DNA of 64,000 bases from Octopus bimaculoides (lineage: Eukaryota), in the NCBI RefSeq assembly GCF_001194135.2, contig NC_068981.1, forward strand, positions 192,857,075 through 192,921,074, given 5' to 3'. The position numbers and the translations under genes are program-made. The number at the start of each line of letters is the position of its first letter. Position 1 is the stretch's first letter. Of the stretch, positions 23,816 through 36,812 are shown in pieces. The notes beneath the pieces were generated by a model. It saw only the letters and a program-made list of their open reading frames with translations. It searched no databases and had not been told where the DNA came from.

Positions 23816-23916
23816 TATTGCATATATTGTGTATATATAGTGTGTGTATATATTATATGTATGTATATATATTGTATGTAGAGATTCTTAGTTGTAAGGA
23901 TGAATTCTTTCTGCAG

Positions 23917-24035
23917 CTTCAAGTCCTGAAGAGTATTTAAGAACGTACTGCATTGTTACATCTCAATTCCACAGTCTTTACAAAACTGTCTTCAAGAAAT
24001 ATCAGATTCCTGCCACGTTAATGATAGAATATAAG
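23917..24035 (+). CDS. Gene 1 exon: (A)SSPEEYLRTYCIVTSQFHSLYKTVFKKYQIPATLMIEYK
   Basis: ctttctgcag acceptor, AAG|gtgagt donor, phase 1 to 0. Confidence 0.9.
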
Positions 24036-24307
24036 GTGAGTTTGATCTATACGTGAGTGTGTGTGTGTGTATATGTGTATGAAATGGTGGTGTGTTGTAA
24101 AGAGGTTGGCATTAAGAAGGGCATCCAACTGTAGAAAGCAAGTCAAAGCAAACAACTGGAGCCTGGTGTGGCCTTTAGCTTTGCCAGCTCCTGCCAGCAT
24201 GAAAAAACATACATTAAATGATGATGATGATAGATATATATAAATATATATATAAAATAGACGTTAAACGATGATGAAGATGATGATGATATATTATATA
24301 TATATAT

Positions 24308-24780
24308 ATTTCTTTATTGCCCACAGGGGGCTAAACATAGAGGGGACAAACAAATTAAGTTGATTACATCGACCCCCCCCAGTGCATAACTGGTACTTAT
24401 TTAATCGACCCCGGAAGGATGAATGCTAAAGTTGACCTCGGCAGAATTTGAACTCAGAACGTAAAGACAGATGAAATATCACAAAGTGTTTCGCCTGGCA
24501 TGCTAATGTTTCTGCCAAGTTGCCTCCTTAATATTTAGCACTTGTATTATTCAAGCATCCTAGGATGGTGAGCCGGCCGCATTGTTAGTGTGCTGGGTGA
24601 GATGCTTAGCGGTATTTTGTCTACTGCTACATTTTAAGTTCAAATTCCGCTAGGATTGACTTTGCCATTCATCCTTTTAGGGTCAATTAAACAAGTACCA
24701 GTTATGTATTGGGGATGTAATTGACTTAATCCCTTCCCGCAAATTTGAGGCCTTGTGCTTCCAGTAGAAATGATTATTTA
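24308..24780. mobile_element. Two SINE family C copies head-to-head (minus 24308-24530, plus 24565-24780)
   Basis: Reverse-complement match between the two copies. Confidence 0.8.
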
Positions 24781-24939
24781 AGTATCCTTGAAACCATGTC
24801 AAAAATACAGGGTGAAATAGTTTCTCAAATTATGAAGATGTACCACATATGGCAGTTGTGTGAAGTTTGCGATGAGCTACTAGAGGTATGCGTGGCACTC
24901 CATCGGTTACCCTTAATGTATTTCTCGGGGAGATTCAGA

Positions 24940-25117
24940 ATGAGAGAAAATTGTGGAGAAAGAGTACAGCAGGGTTTGCCACCACCTCCTGCCGGAGCCT
25001 CATGGAGCTTTAGGTGTTTTCGCTCAATAAACACTCACAACACCCTGTCTGGGAATCAAAACCACGATCCTACAACCGCGAATCCACTGCCCTAACCACT
25101 GGGCCATTGCACCTCCA
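24940..25117 (-). mobile_element. SINE family D, 5' part
   Basis: Reverse complement of 8624-8800. Confidence 0.8.
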
Positions 25118-25293
25118 CACTAGAGGTATATGTGATGGTTAACATGTTGATTATGTTAATGCTAATTTAACTATTGATTTTCATGTAGCTGGTGTTATGT
25201 TTCTTTTTTTTTTAAATATGTTAATTATCTCTGACTTTCCTCAATTAAAAAGTAATTGAATGTAATTTTTCTTTTTTAATTATACAATTATAG

Positions 25294-25460
25294 AATCTTG
25301 AAGTTGCTTTACGAGATGTTGCTGTAAACAGTTTTAGTGTTGAGAAGCTAAAGATAATTGGCAGCCTCGTTAACCTTAATGAGACTTCCACTATTGATTA
25401 TAAACTATTTGCTGGAATGGCAGCATTAGCAGAACGACTCACAGACTCCAGCATTAAAAG
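25294..25460 (+). CDS. Gene 1 exon, EF-hand-like helices: NLEVALRDVAVNSFSVEKLKIIGSLVNLNETSTIDYKLFAGMAALAERLTDSSIK
   Basis: Polypyrimidine tract plus ttatag acceptor, AAAG|gttttt donor (weak), 167 nt open, phase 0 to 2. Confidence 0.85.
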
Positions 25461-25654
25461 GTTTTTACCATTTTGTTTTTGGTGTTTTTGTGTTCAATAA
25501 GGACAAAAAAAAAAAAGAAATAAAAGAAATTTCTAAAAAAAAATTAATTTTTGGAAAAAGAACCAGGAATAAAATGGTATTCAATTTTATTTGGGTAAAA
25601 TATTTCTTTGTATAGGAAATAGTCAAATATTGATGATGATGATGATGATAATGA

Positions 25655-26110
25655 TCATCATCATCATCGTTTAACGTCCGCTTTCCATGCTAGCATGGGT
25701 TGGACGATTTGACTGAAGACTGGTGAAACCAGATGGCTACACCAGGCTCCAATCTGATTTGGCAGAGTTTCTACAGCTGGATGCCCTTCCTAACGCCAAC
25801 CACTCTGAGAGTGTAGTGGGTGCTTTTACGTGCCACCGGCATGAGGGCCAGTCCGGCAGTACTGGCAACGGCCATGCTCAAAATGGTGTATTTTATGTGC
25901 CACCCGCACAAGAGCCAATCCAGGGGCACTGGCAATGAACTTGCTCGAAAGCCCTCACACATGCCGCGGGCACAAGTGCCAGAAAGGCGACGCTGGGCAC
26001 AGGTGCCATCACGATTTCGCTTGCCCCAATAAGTCTTTGCAAGCTGAGTTTCGTGTCCAATGAAGGAGAGGACGTTGGCATGGGTGCCAGTCGTCGAATT
26101 TGACAATGAT
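25655..26110 (-). mobile_element. Repeat family B copy
   Basis: Matches 13672-14060. Confidence 0.85.
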
Positions 26111-26146
26111 GTTGATGATGACAATGATAACAATGATGATGATGAA

Positions 26147-26185
<39 letters not shown>

Positions 26186-26919
26186 AATGATGATAATGAT
26201 GTAGCCTTTACTCAGTTTCTTGACCTGTAAGAAATAGCAGCCAAATCTGCTCAAGTTCACATCAGGCCACAGGGAAATATTAACTTGGTTAGAAACAAAT
26301 GGCAATATGAAGGGCATTGGGCCATAGAATACTTACCTTAATGAATGTTTACTTAGTCATGCCATCTCAGATATGGCTATCCAGTTGAGGTGGTGTAAAA
26401 ATAGTTCTCATGTATAAGGTGTCCTTTTAATTTTAAGGTTTAAAAGCTTGAAAAGTGTGTATAATTTATATGAACGAATTTGAACTTCTGTCAATAAATA
26501 AGTACAGACTACAGAGAGAGCTTCCAGATGGTCACTCGATTTGCTAGAAAAAGCAGTCAAATCACCTCAAATCATGCCAAACTGACACATTAGATAACAT
26601 AGTGTTAAATTAAATAACATAGTGCTCAGTATATCTGAAAAGTCAGGATGGTCATGTCATAAATTTGCTCAGTAAGGGCTGACCTAGGGCTAAAAAAACA
26701 AAGTAACCTCTTGAAATATGAACCAATGAAAAATCCCATATGTTGTCAGTCAACCTACTAAAAATAACAACCAATTTTCTCTCAAATTATATTGTATTGT
26801 TTTGAAAAAGAAAAGTACACCAGACAAAGTAGTCCTAGATACATTGTGTACCATAAAAAAAAGTAAAGAAAAAGAAAAATGATGATTTTTTTAAAGAATT
26901 TTAAAATTTCTGCTTTCAG

Positions 26920-27064
26920 CTTGAAGCAATCTGAATTATTCCAAGATGGAAATGTGAAGAAAGAAGGAATTGAAGTAGCAGATTTCTCAGCTTTGGATTG
27001 GAAATTTAAAGATATTGACATTAACAAAAACATGAAACAACTTTTGAGAATTATTGCTCTTTAA
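26920..27064 (+). CDS. Gene 1 last coding exon: (S)LKQSELFQDGNVKKEGIEVADFSALDWKFKDIDINKNMKQLLRIIAL*
   Basis: ctgctttcag acceptor, phase 2 entry, TAA at 27062-27064. Confidence 0.88.
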
Positions 27065-28020
27065 ACGGCAAGAATTCATCAATTTCTCTTAAATTGGTAA
27101 ATTTCTTGGTTTCAAATTTTGGCACAAAACCAGCAATTTTGGGTGGGTGGTGGTGTAAGTCGAATGCATCACCCCCACCCCCACCCACGTGTTCAACTGG
27201 TCCTTAATTTATTGGTCCTAAACGGATGAAAGGCAAAGTTGACCTTGGTGGAATTTGAACTTAGATCATATAGGTATGAAATGCTGTGAAGCATTTTGCC
27301 TGAGTGTGCTAACAATTCTGCCAGATCACCACATTAAATTAATTAATTTATCAAGAAACTACTAACAGGGTTCTTGATTTAGGCATAAGGCCAGCAATTC
27401 CATTGATCCCAGTATTTGACTGGTACTTTATTTCATTGAGCCTGAAAAAACAAAGTTGACCTTGGTGGGGTTGGAACTCAGAGAAATTAATCATGTTAAA
27501 GAATTTTAAAATTGTCTGGTTCATTATGAATGATAAGTGATCATTTACCATTTATATTTCTTAAGTTTGTCTCAACAGATTTTCTATAGAATTTACAGCC
27601 AACACTGAAAGTCATGATGTTTCATTATGTTTGGTGCTGGTTCTGACTTTGATAGAATATCTGTAGAGATACACTTGAAATGAAAACAACACACTGCAAA
27701 CATGTGGGACTATGCTATGGTTGCAAAACGGAATATGGTGTCCCTGTGAACAATTAATATGTACTTAGCATTTATAATGAGATAGAATTATATTTTCAAA
27801 CATTTAATATCTTCTGTGTCATTCTGAATACGATTGAAGGTGACTATTCTTAAAGAAATAAAACAGAAAAACAAGAAATTATAAAATTGAAGAAAATGAT
27901 TTTGAAGAATACAGAGTTGAATAATAATGTTGTGAGACAAAAATGGAAATTGTTCAGACTGTTACAATTATCTTTAGAGATGGTATTAACAGTAAAACTG
28001 GCATAACTGAAAAAGAAATA

Positions 28021-28198
28021 CCGTATTTTAATGTGTATAAGAAACCCTTTTATGTCAAAAATTAGGTTAAAAGATATGGGAGTTTCTTAAACGTGGATAG
28101 CATTGTAATCCCTTAGAAAACCTTTCTTCCAAATTTTAAGACCCCAAAATTAGGGGTTTCCTTATACACGAGGGTCCCTTATACATGTTAAAATACAG
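28021..28198. mobile_element. pogo/Tc2-like MITE
   Basis: TA-flanked TIRs ccgtatttttaatgtgtataag / cttatacatgttaaaatacag. Confidence 0.7.
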
Positions 28199-28375
28199 TA
28201 AATTAAAATAGTCATCTGTGTATCATACTTAATACGTATACACCACTAAGACATGATGCTGTGATTTTTGTCTGAGAGGGAGAATCTCTTCAAAGATGTG
28301 TTAAAAAGAATGTATATTAGAGTGAGGCAGATATTGCCCCAGCAGCAGCAGCAGCAGCATCAGCAACTAATGAGA

Positions 28376-28413
28376 ATTCCAGACATGTTTCAGACTTCTT
28401 AGACCTTGTCAAT
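28376..28413 (-). ncRNA. Decayed relative of hammerhead family H4
   Basis: Minus strand ttgacaa-ggtctaagaagtct-GAAACATGTC-TGGAAT; core mutated. Confidence 0.3.
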
Positions 28414-28469
28414 GATGTGTAAGCAGCTGTCATTGACAAGGCCATCCAATTGCACAATTTGCATGGATT

Positions 28470-28940
28470 CCTGTGATTCGCTGTTGCCATCCAGTTTATA
28501 TTTGGCAGGTCAGAGGAACTACAGTTTATGTTGTCATAAACTTGCTTGATATGGGTCTTTGCTTGCCATCATCTGCTATTTCTTCCATGTGTAGGCTCCC
28601 ACAAAAGAACTTCACAAGCAGTTTCATCTTTCACTCTCCAGTCATACCCAGTATATCTGACTATGTTCTTTCATATCTAATACTAAACAAAGGTTCCTAT
28701 ACATTCACTCATTGGCCAAATAATCTCTCCAGCTGACATGTAAAGCCACTTTTCGGACGCATCTGTTGCCTCCATCCACTCTTCTTTCCAGTTTCGAGGT
28801 AAGGATCCATGCTGAGCAGTCATACAACAGAACAGACATAACAGCCTTCTGAAAGAGGCTCTTCTTCGTGTTGTCTAGATTTCCTCATGAGATAAATTGT
28901 CAACAGCTTCCCAGGCCTTACTATTGCATGTATTTACATC
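28470..28940 (-). mobile_element. Degenerate LINE 3' fragment (RTE-like)
   Basis: Frameshifted remnant with EVLLWEPTHGR and RT-downstream motifs. Confidence 0.6.
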
Positions 28941-29394
28941 GCTTTTGCAGCTAGGCATTTTGCTATGTAACTAAATAAATTCTACACAGTTGAGAGGTGT
29001 GCCAGGTTGTGTTTTGATTGTTCTGTTTTGATTTAAGCTTCTGTATTATGTTTTGTCTGAGTTAACAAACAAGACCAAAGAAGGCCAAAACACATCTGAC
29101 ATTCTTATGAGTCACTACTAGGATAATATTCAAGTCATTCTGATGTACGTTTGTGTTTTTAACACAATATGTATGTGAAGAGGTTTTCTCTCAGACAAAA
29201 ACCACAGCACCATGCTTTTCAATGGTTCATAAACATTTAACATGATACACAATTGTGTATTAATAGTAAAGTTGTTAATAACAACTTGACTCATATAATT
29301 AGACATTTAATCAGCCATCTGTATGAAACTTGAAAACAATGGAGGCTATTGCAGAAAAGGAGACTGACAACTGACAAAAACATCAAACAACCAT

Positions 29395-29601
29395 TTTCTT
29401 TTTTTTTTTTACTTGTTTCAGTCATTTGACTGCGGCCATACTGGAGCACCGCCTTTAGTCAAACAAATCCAGGACTTATTCTTTGTATAAGGACTTATTC
29501 TTTGTAAGCCTAGTACTTATTCTATTGATCTCTTTTGACGAACCACTAAGTTACTGAGATGTAAACACACTAACATCAGTTGTCGAATGATGGCAGGGAG
29601 A

Positions 29602-29639
<38 letters not shown>

Positions 29640-31684
29640 TATATATATGTATATATATACAACAGGCTTTCAGTTTCGTCTACCAAATCCATTCACAAGG
29701 CTTTGGTCAACTGAAGGCTATAGTGGAAGGCTATGTGATTGGGAAGCAACCTTCTTACCACACAGCCACGCTTGCACCTATGTTTAAACGAATGACACCA
29801 GAAGTTTCTCAGATAAGCATTTGCCAACAAAATCCACGAATTTAAATGTACTTGTCCTTCACCTTTCATTTGTTTCAATCACTGGACTGTGGCCATCCTG
29901 GGGCACAACCTTGACAGATTTTGTTGAACAAAGTGACCTTAGAAATTCTTTTTTTAAGGTCTTTTTTGTTAAACTGCTAAGTTATGGGGACATAAACAGA
30001 CCAACACTGGTTGTCAAGTGGTGGAAAAACAAAGACACATGTGTGCTTGCACACACGCACACACACACACACATATGCACACACAGATGCACATATATGG
30101 TAGGCTTTGAAAGAGCTTCTGTCAAACAAATTTACTCCCAAGGCATTGGTTGTCCTGGGGCTCTGCTAGAAGACACCTGCCCAAGGTGCCAAACATTGGG
30201 ACTGAACCTGAAACCTCATGATTGCTAAGCCAGCTTCTTAACCACACAGCCATGCCGACACCTAAATCTTAATTGGGTGAGGTTCCAGTCAGTTGGCAGT
30301 TGTTTATTTTTCTATTATCTTTTACTTGTTTCAGTCGTTTGGCTATGGCCATGCTGGAGCACCGCCTTGAAGAATTTTTAGTCAATGAAATTGACCTCAG
30401 GACTGGCTACTTTTGTAAAGTCTAGTATTTATTCTACCAGACATTTTTGCTGAACCTCTAAGTATCAGGGATGTAAACACACCAGCACCGGTTGTCATGT
30501 GGTAGTGGTGGGGAAAACACACATACACACACACACACACATACACACACATGCATATATTCTTTTATTCTTTTACTTGTTCAGTCATTTGACTGTGGCC
30601 ATGCTGGAACACCGCCTTTAGTCAAGCAAATCAACCCCAGGACTTATTCTTTGTAAGCCTAGTACTTATTCTATCAGTCTCTTATGCCGAACCGCTAAGT
30701 TACGGGAACGTAAACACACCAGCATCGGTTGTCAAGCGATGTTGGCGGGACAAACACAGACGCACAAACACACACAGATATATATATATATATATATATA
30801 TATGATAGGCTTCTTTCAGTTTCCGTCTACCAAATCCACTCACAAGGCTTTGGTCGGCCCGAAGCTATAGTAGAAGACACTTGCCCAAGGTACCATGCAG
30901 TGGGACTGAACCCAGAACCATGTGGTTGGTAAGCAAACTATTTACCACACAGCCACTCCTACGCATATAACGTATGATTAATTCAAAACAATGGAAATAA
31001 ATAAGCATTAAATTTGACAGTCATCTGAATGTTAAAGGGTCAAAAGCACAAGAAATATGTCAGAAGCAGAGGGAAATCCTCCAGCTACAGCGGGTAGAAT
31101 GCTAGATGCACGTTTCTAACTCTTTAGACTTTGTCAATAACATTTACTCCCTGGTAACTGCGTGCTGGTAACTCCCTGGTAACTGCATGCTGGTAACTCC
31201 CTGGTAACTACGTGCTGAGAAAAAAATCCAATTGAAAATCAGAGATGGTGTAATTAAAACCTAATGGTTAAACTCTTTATAAACAACAAAGGTTGTATTA
31301 GATTAACGTAGCCATTGGTGTTTTTAAACATTGAGTGTCCATAAGGAATGTTCTCCTCAGATGAACTCTGCTGTTAATTTGCTTTTCTTCATGATGTATC
31401 TGTTAAATATGTCACACAGAAAAACTAAAAGAAAAACAAGCTCAGTTCTTTTAGTAGAACACTTTTTATCTTTTTTTTACTTGTTTCAATGGCCATACTG
31501 GGGCACCACCTTGGAGAATTTTAGTTGAATGAATTGACCCCAGGACTTAACATTTTTTTAAAGCCTGGTACTTATTCTATCAGTCTCTTTTGCCGAACCA
31601 CTAAGTTACAGGGATGTGAACACACCAACAACGGTTGTCAAGTGGTGGTGGGAGACAAACACACACAAAGATGCAGAAACACAC

Positions 31685-31725
<41 letters not shown>

Positions 31726-31812
31726 GCTTCTTTCAGTTTCCATGTACCAAATCCATCCACAAGGCTTTGGTCAGCCTGAGGGCTTCTACAATAGTCTTGG
31801 GCTATAGTAGAA
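29395..31812 (-). mobile_element. Cluster of five same-strand SINE family A copies (about 29395-29778, 29870-30262, 30320-30545, 30560-30962, 31465-31812)
   Basis: Repeated cttttacttgtttcagtc...gtcaag...tctaccaaatcc blocks. Confidence 0.85.
31146..31217. repeat. 25-bp unit, 3 copies
   Basis: actccctggtaactgcgtgctggta. Confidence 0.95.
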
Positions 31813-32100
31813 TTTCAGTTTTCCCTTCATTTTTAACAACTGACTGCTTTTCACAGAACAGATGAAATTTATGAATTCTATATTGCATTCTAAAGTTTCT
31901 GGAGCACTCAACTGAACTCACACAAGTTTCTCTCACACTCGTATCATTGGGTGTTGTTTGGTATTTTCTAGGACTATTGCTTCTGTTGGTGTTACAAGCT
32001 TGGATTACTCTAAACCATTTCAATAATATTGCATCTACTTGTGAACATTTTAATTTCTTCCAAGACATTCCCCACTGTATCTCCTTTACATGTCTCTGAA
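31810..32100 (-). mobile_element. Tigger/CENP-B-like HTH transposase fossil
   Basis: ORF 31802-32104 KKLKCSQVDAILLKWF...RNFRMQYRI...FCEKQSV. Confidence 0.6.
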
Positions 32101-32219
32101 CCAATCACAAATCACATTAACTTATTCGTTTGTTTTTTTATTGTAATAAATTGATGAAGAAACTATCTCATTATATTCATGCACAATAGCATTCCAGCTT
32201 TCATTTCTGTTCAAATATG

Positions 32220-32905
32220 GTATTATTTTAGCCTGAACAGGATAAGCTTCCCCCTATTTTGCAGAAAAAAAAGTGTTGGTGGCTGGCTATGAGACACAAA
32301 CTCACACCTCCATGATTACGCGTCGTGGTGCTCTAAACCATTAAACTAAACTGCCCTTACCACAAATTCTTCTGCAAATTTAAGATGTATAGAAATCTCA
32401 CTTTATGAGACGCTATCATACGTTAAATTCAAATTATGACAGCGTTAGGAAGGGCATCCAGCTGTAGAAACTCTGCCAAATCAGATTGGAGCCTGGTGTA
32501 GCCACCGGGTTTCACCAGTCCTCAGTCAAATTGCCCAACCCATGCTAGCATGGAAAGCAGACGTTAAACGACGATGATGATGATGATGATGTAAACAAAC
32601 AAATGAAGTTTGCTTTAGAAGCATTGAGATGTCTTAGAAAGTTAAAGAAGTGATTTTTAAATTCTCAAACGCAGGATAATGCTAATAATATAGCCTGAAC
32701 AGGATAAACTACCCCTATTTTGCAGAAGCCGGCTGCCAACACTTTTTTCTGCAAAATAGGGGTATCTTATCCTGTTCAGGCTATATTATTAGCATTATCC
32801 TGCATTTGAGAATTTAAAATCACTTCTTTAACTTTCTAAGACATCTCAACGCTTCTAAAAGCAAACTTCGTTTACATTCATTGTAATTTGAATTTAAGGT
32901 ATTAT
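32220..32905. mobile_element. Three copies of a tRNA-headed repeat (family E); two form a palindrome, and a family B fragment is inserted at about 32442-32591
   Basis: Minus-strand tRNA-like head at 32280-32358; arms 32592-32727 and 32747-32877 are reverse complements. Confidence 0.7.
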
Positions 32906-33421
32906 TTTAATTTCCAAGTGCAATGTGAGAGTTACAAGCTATTTTTTTTTTACACCTTCCCAAAGTCAGTGACCTTTATGAATACAGGAAGATGGTTTTT
33001 ATTCACAAATGGGCAATAAAGAAGTAGATAGAAGCAGATACAAAACATAAAGGTGCAGGCCAATTTTTTTTTGTGACTTGAGCATAAACAGTATTCAAGT
33101 GACATCGGTAACCAGTGATGGTGCTTAATAAGGAATTTGCTAAAGTTGAAAATAAACACCAGGCAACTGGGTCTGCCAGACTATTGAATCTCAGATTAAG
33201 ACAATTTTTACTGCGTGTGAAAACTTCAAAGCAGATTTGGCATTTGCATGCATGCAGTTCCTTAAAGATTTTCTGGAAGTATCTACTAAACTACTTCAAG
33301 ACATTTTGGTATATAAGGAGAACACAGGATTTGAAACAGAGTTTTTATTTTTAAAAAAATTGAAACATTTCCAGATAATTCCATTTCGGATTACAATTAT
33401 AACAGTTCTACTTGATCAAAT

Positions 33422-33493
33422 CTATTGCAGTAAACAGTTTTTCTTCTTTGAGTCATCACTAGGAGATTTATCCTCTTTCTCTGTTTTGTTTGT
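33422..33493 (-). CDS. Candidate terminal exon ending in a CaaX box: TNKTEKEDKSPSDDSKKKNCLLQ*
   Basis: Long pyrimidine tract ctttctttctttctgtag acceptor; phase-0 frame gives a polybasic stretch plus CLLQ-stop. Confidence 0.6.
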   Translation of the reverse strand, partial: TNKTEKEDKSPSDDSKKKNCLLQ

Positions 33494-35379
33494 CTACAGA
33501 AAGAAAGAAAGGCCAATTGTCAGATTGTGCTGTGTGAGGGAAATATTTACCCTTATTTCCAGCAAATTTAATGATCTTTAGAACATTTTATTGAAGAAGA
33601 GATAAAAATCCGAGGAAAAGATTATATATATATATATATATATATATATNNNNNNNNNNNNNNNNNNNNNNNNNNNNNNNNNNNNNNNNNNNNNNNNNNN
33701 NNNNNNNNNNNNNNNNNNNNNNNNNNNNNNNNNNNNNNNNNNNNNNNNNNNNNNNNNNNNNNNNNNNNNNNNNNNNNNNNNNNNNNNNNNNNNNNNNNNN
33801 NNNNNNNNNNNNNNNNNNNNNNNNNNNNNNNNNNNNNNNNNNNNNNNNNNNNNNNNNNNNNNNNNNNNNNNNNNNNNNNNNNNNNNNNNNNNNNNNNNNN
33901 NNNNNNNNNNNNNNNNNNNNNNNNNNNNNNNNNNNNNNNNNNNNNNNNNNNNNNNNNNNNNNNNNNNNNNNNNNNNNNNNNNNNNNNNNNNNNNNNNNNN
34001 NNNNNNNNNNNNNNNNNNNNNNNNNNNNNNNNNNNNNNNNNNNNNNNNNNNNNNNNNNNNNNNNNNNNNNNNNNNNNNNNNNNNNNNNNNNNNNNNNNNN
34101 NNNNNNNNNNNNNNNNNNNNNNNNNNNNNNNNNNNNNNNNNNNNNNNNNNNNNNNNNNNNNNNNNNNNNNNNNNNNNNNNNNNNNNNNNNNNNNNNNNNN
34201 NNNNNNNNNNNNNNNNNNNNNNNNNNNNNNNNNNNNNNNNNNNNNNNNNNNNNNNNNNNNNNNNNNNNNNNNNNNNNNNNNNNNNNNNNNNNNNNNNNNN
34301 NNNNNNNNNNNNNNNNNNNNTATATACACAGGCACAGGCATAGCTGTGCAGTAAGAAATTTGCTTCTCAACTAAATAGTTTTGAGTTCAGTCCCACTGTG
34401 TGGCTCTTTGGTTAAGTGTATTCTATTATAGCTCTGGCCCAACCAAAGTCTTGTCAGTGGGTTTTGTATTCAGAAACTGAAAGAAGCCCATTGTTTATAT
34501 ATGCATGTATGTATGTATGTATGTATGTATGTATGTATGTATGTATGTGTGTAGGTATGTAGGTATGTGTGTAGGTATGTACGTATGTATGTATAAATGA
34601 TGGGTTTTTTTCAGTTTATACATGTGTGTGTGTGTGTGTGTTTTACTGCCTTCTTGCCTTTACATCGCATAATAGTTGTAGATAGAATTGCAAGTGTTAT
34701 CCTTTGTTTCCAATCTTCAATGAAAACATGTCTGGCCATGAGGGAATATTAACTTACTTGTAAACAGGTGAGGGTTGGTGAGTGGAAGGGTATCTGGCCA
34801 TAAAAATCCATCCTAACAAATTGTCTCTGACCTATGCAAGCACAGAAAAGTGGGAATTAAAATGTTGATGATAATGATGAAGATGAAAGAGAAATTAGGC
34901 ATAAGAGGAATTAGACGTAGTGTGCAAGAGAGGAGACAGCACTGAAGTACTGAAGGGTGACCGCAAGATGGTGAACATTTCAGATGAGATGACAAAGGAC
35001 CAGGATACCTAGTGCTTTGCTGTACTCAAAAAGTTCTGTCCTCCACTGATGTTAAGGCCGTTTGCCCTGTTGAGGAGTCCTGGGCCAGTGCCATGTAAGA
35101 ATACTCAACATCATCATCATCATTATCATCATTTAGCATCTGCTTTCCATGCTGGCAAGTGTTGGACAGTTTGACTGAAACCAGGTTCCAATCAGATTTG
35201 GCATGGTTTCTATGGCTGGATGCCCTTCCTAATGCCTACCATTCCAAGAGTGTAACGGATGCTTTTTATGTGCGACCGGCTTTTTGCCTGTTATGTGACA
35301 CTGGCATCACTAATAAATGTGTCCTGATTTATAAACCATATAAAATGGTATTGAAAGCAGTCTTTACACATGGCAGATG

Positions 35380-35900
35380 TACTGGTACATCAAACACCAG
35401 AAATGTACAGGAAATAGACTCCCTCAAATACCAGTGGTGGGGTGGATCCTTGGAAGTAGTAGACAGTTTCTGTTACTTAGGTGATCTGGTTACCAATGGT
35501 GGAAGTTGTTCTGAAAGCATAGCTGCTAGAATATAAATAGGCTGGGCGAAGTTCAGAAAGCAATTACCCCTGTAACAATTACCTCTGTAAGTTATTACCT
35601 GTGTAACAAAGGGCCTCTCCCTCAGAGTGAAAGGCAGATTGTATGATGCCTGTGTATGAACAGTTATACTACATGGTAGTGTGAGATGGGCTGTGACTAG
35701 TGAGGACATGCCAAGGCTTGAAACCACCTGTGCTGGTGCTGTGCAGGAGGACCCAGTCCACTCTGTAAAGTGGTTGGCATCAGAAAAGGCACCCAGCTGT
35801 AGAAATCATGCCAAAGCAGACATGGAGCACGGACAGCTCTTCAGCTGGTCAGCTCCTGTCAAACTGTTCAACTCATACCAGCATGGAAAATGGATGTAAA
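35380..35900 (+). mobile_element. RTE LINE RT fragment plus family B tail
   Basis: LEVVDSFCYLGDLVTNGGSCSESIAARI...KGLSLRVKGRLYDACV. Confidence 0.85.
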
Positions 35901-36299
35901 ACAACAGTGACGATATTTATCCATTACTTCACCTGATATCAAAATATTCACCTTCATTGCTACATGATCTCACTTAATATCTAAATATTGCTCCATTTCC
36001 TCCTCAGCTACTAAATATATACCCAATGGCTATAAAATGGGGATATTTACCCCATTGCTTGGTTTAGCTTTAAACAGAAATGCTTTACCAGTGTCTGTCA
36101 CTGCCACATAATTACTCATTGAAATAATCAAATTTGAATATATTTCAAGCAGTTTAAAGCTTCTGGTGAGATATAATCTGACCATGAGTTAATATTTTAG
36201 GTACTACTTCTTAGGTAGAAAGGTTTTTATATTCTCAGAAATATTCATTATTATTATTTTTTACATGTCTAAAACAGTTACACACTAGTAACGTCTGCT

Positions 36300-36812
36300 T
36301 ATGACAACACATGCTTCACAGATCCATTTGCTTTTGTCAAATGTCCCTCCCTCAAAACTTTGCAGTAGAACTCTTGATCAACAGTCTGGCCCTGGGGGAT
36401 GAATTCTCAATGCAATTTATCACATTTCCAGAGGTGATACTCGTTGCAGGTCTCCCACATTGCTCATTGTCTTCCAGAGAAATTCTTCTGCTTTTGAAGC
36501 ACCTGTGCCACTTGAAACATTGCGTATGACCCATTGCCTTATCGCTGTAAGCTTGCCGATGCATGCTCCATGTGTCTGTGGCAGACTTCCCAAGTTTAAT
36601 ACAAAGTTTCCTGTTGGCTCTTAGTTCCTATCCAGAACAAAATTGCAGACTACAGCATATACATGATCACAAAAACACAAATTTCACAACTTGCGATGTC
36701 ACTCAACAGACTGCCTCATGAAGGTCACTGCCAGTTCTCACTGCACACACAACCATGTGCTACCATTTGTTGGCATGCTACAGAACTAGTCTTGGAAATT
36801 TTCGATACCACC
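36300..36812 (-). mobile_element. Mariner transposase fossil (N-terminal HTH)
   Basis: RANRKLCIKLGKSATDTWSMHRQAYSDKAMGHTQCFKWHRCFKSRRISLEDNEQCGRP. Confidence 0.85.

Noticed and set aside
27611-27743. Minus-strand acceptor ttcacag followed by a 43-codon frame
   Set aside because: No recognisable content, frame ambiguous, and it probably overlaps the gene 1 3'UTR
22926-31217. Regular direct repeats (22926-23090, 31146-31217) as possible CRISPR-like arrays
   Set aside because: No unique spacers, eukaryotic context, no cas genes: ordinary minisatellites
32280-32358. tRNA-Thr-like sequence, also tRNA-like heads at 8624 and 20490
   Set aside because: Degenerate B box and stems, and each continues into a repeat body: SINE heads, not tRNA genes
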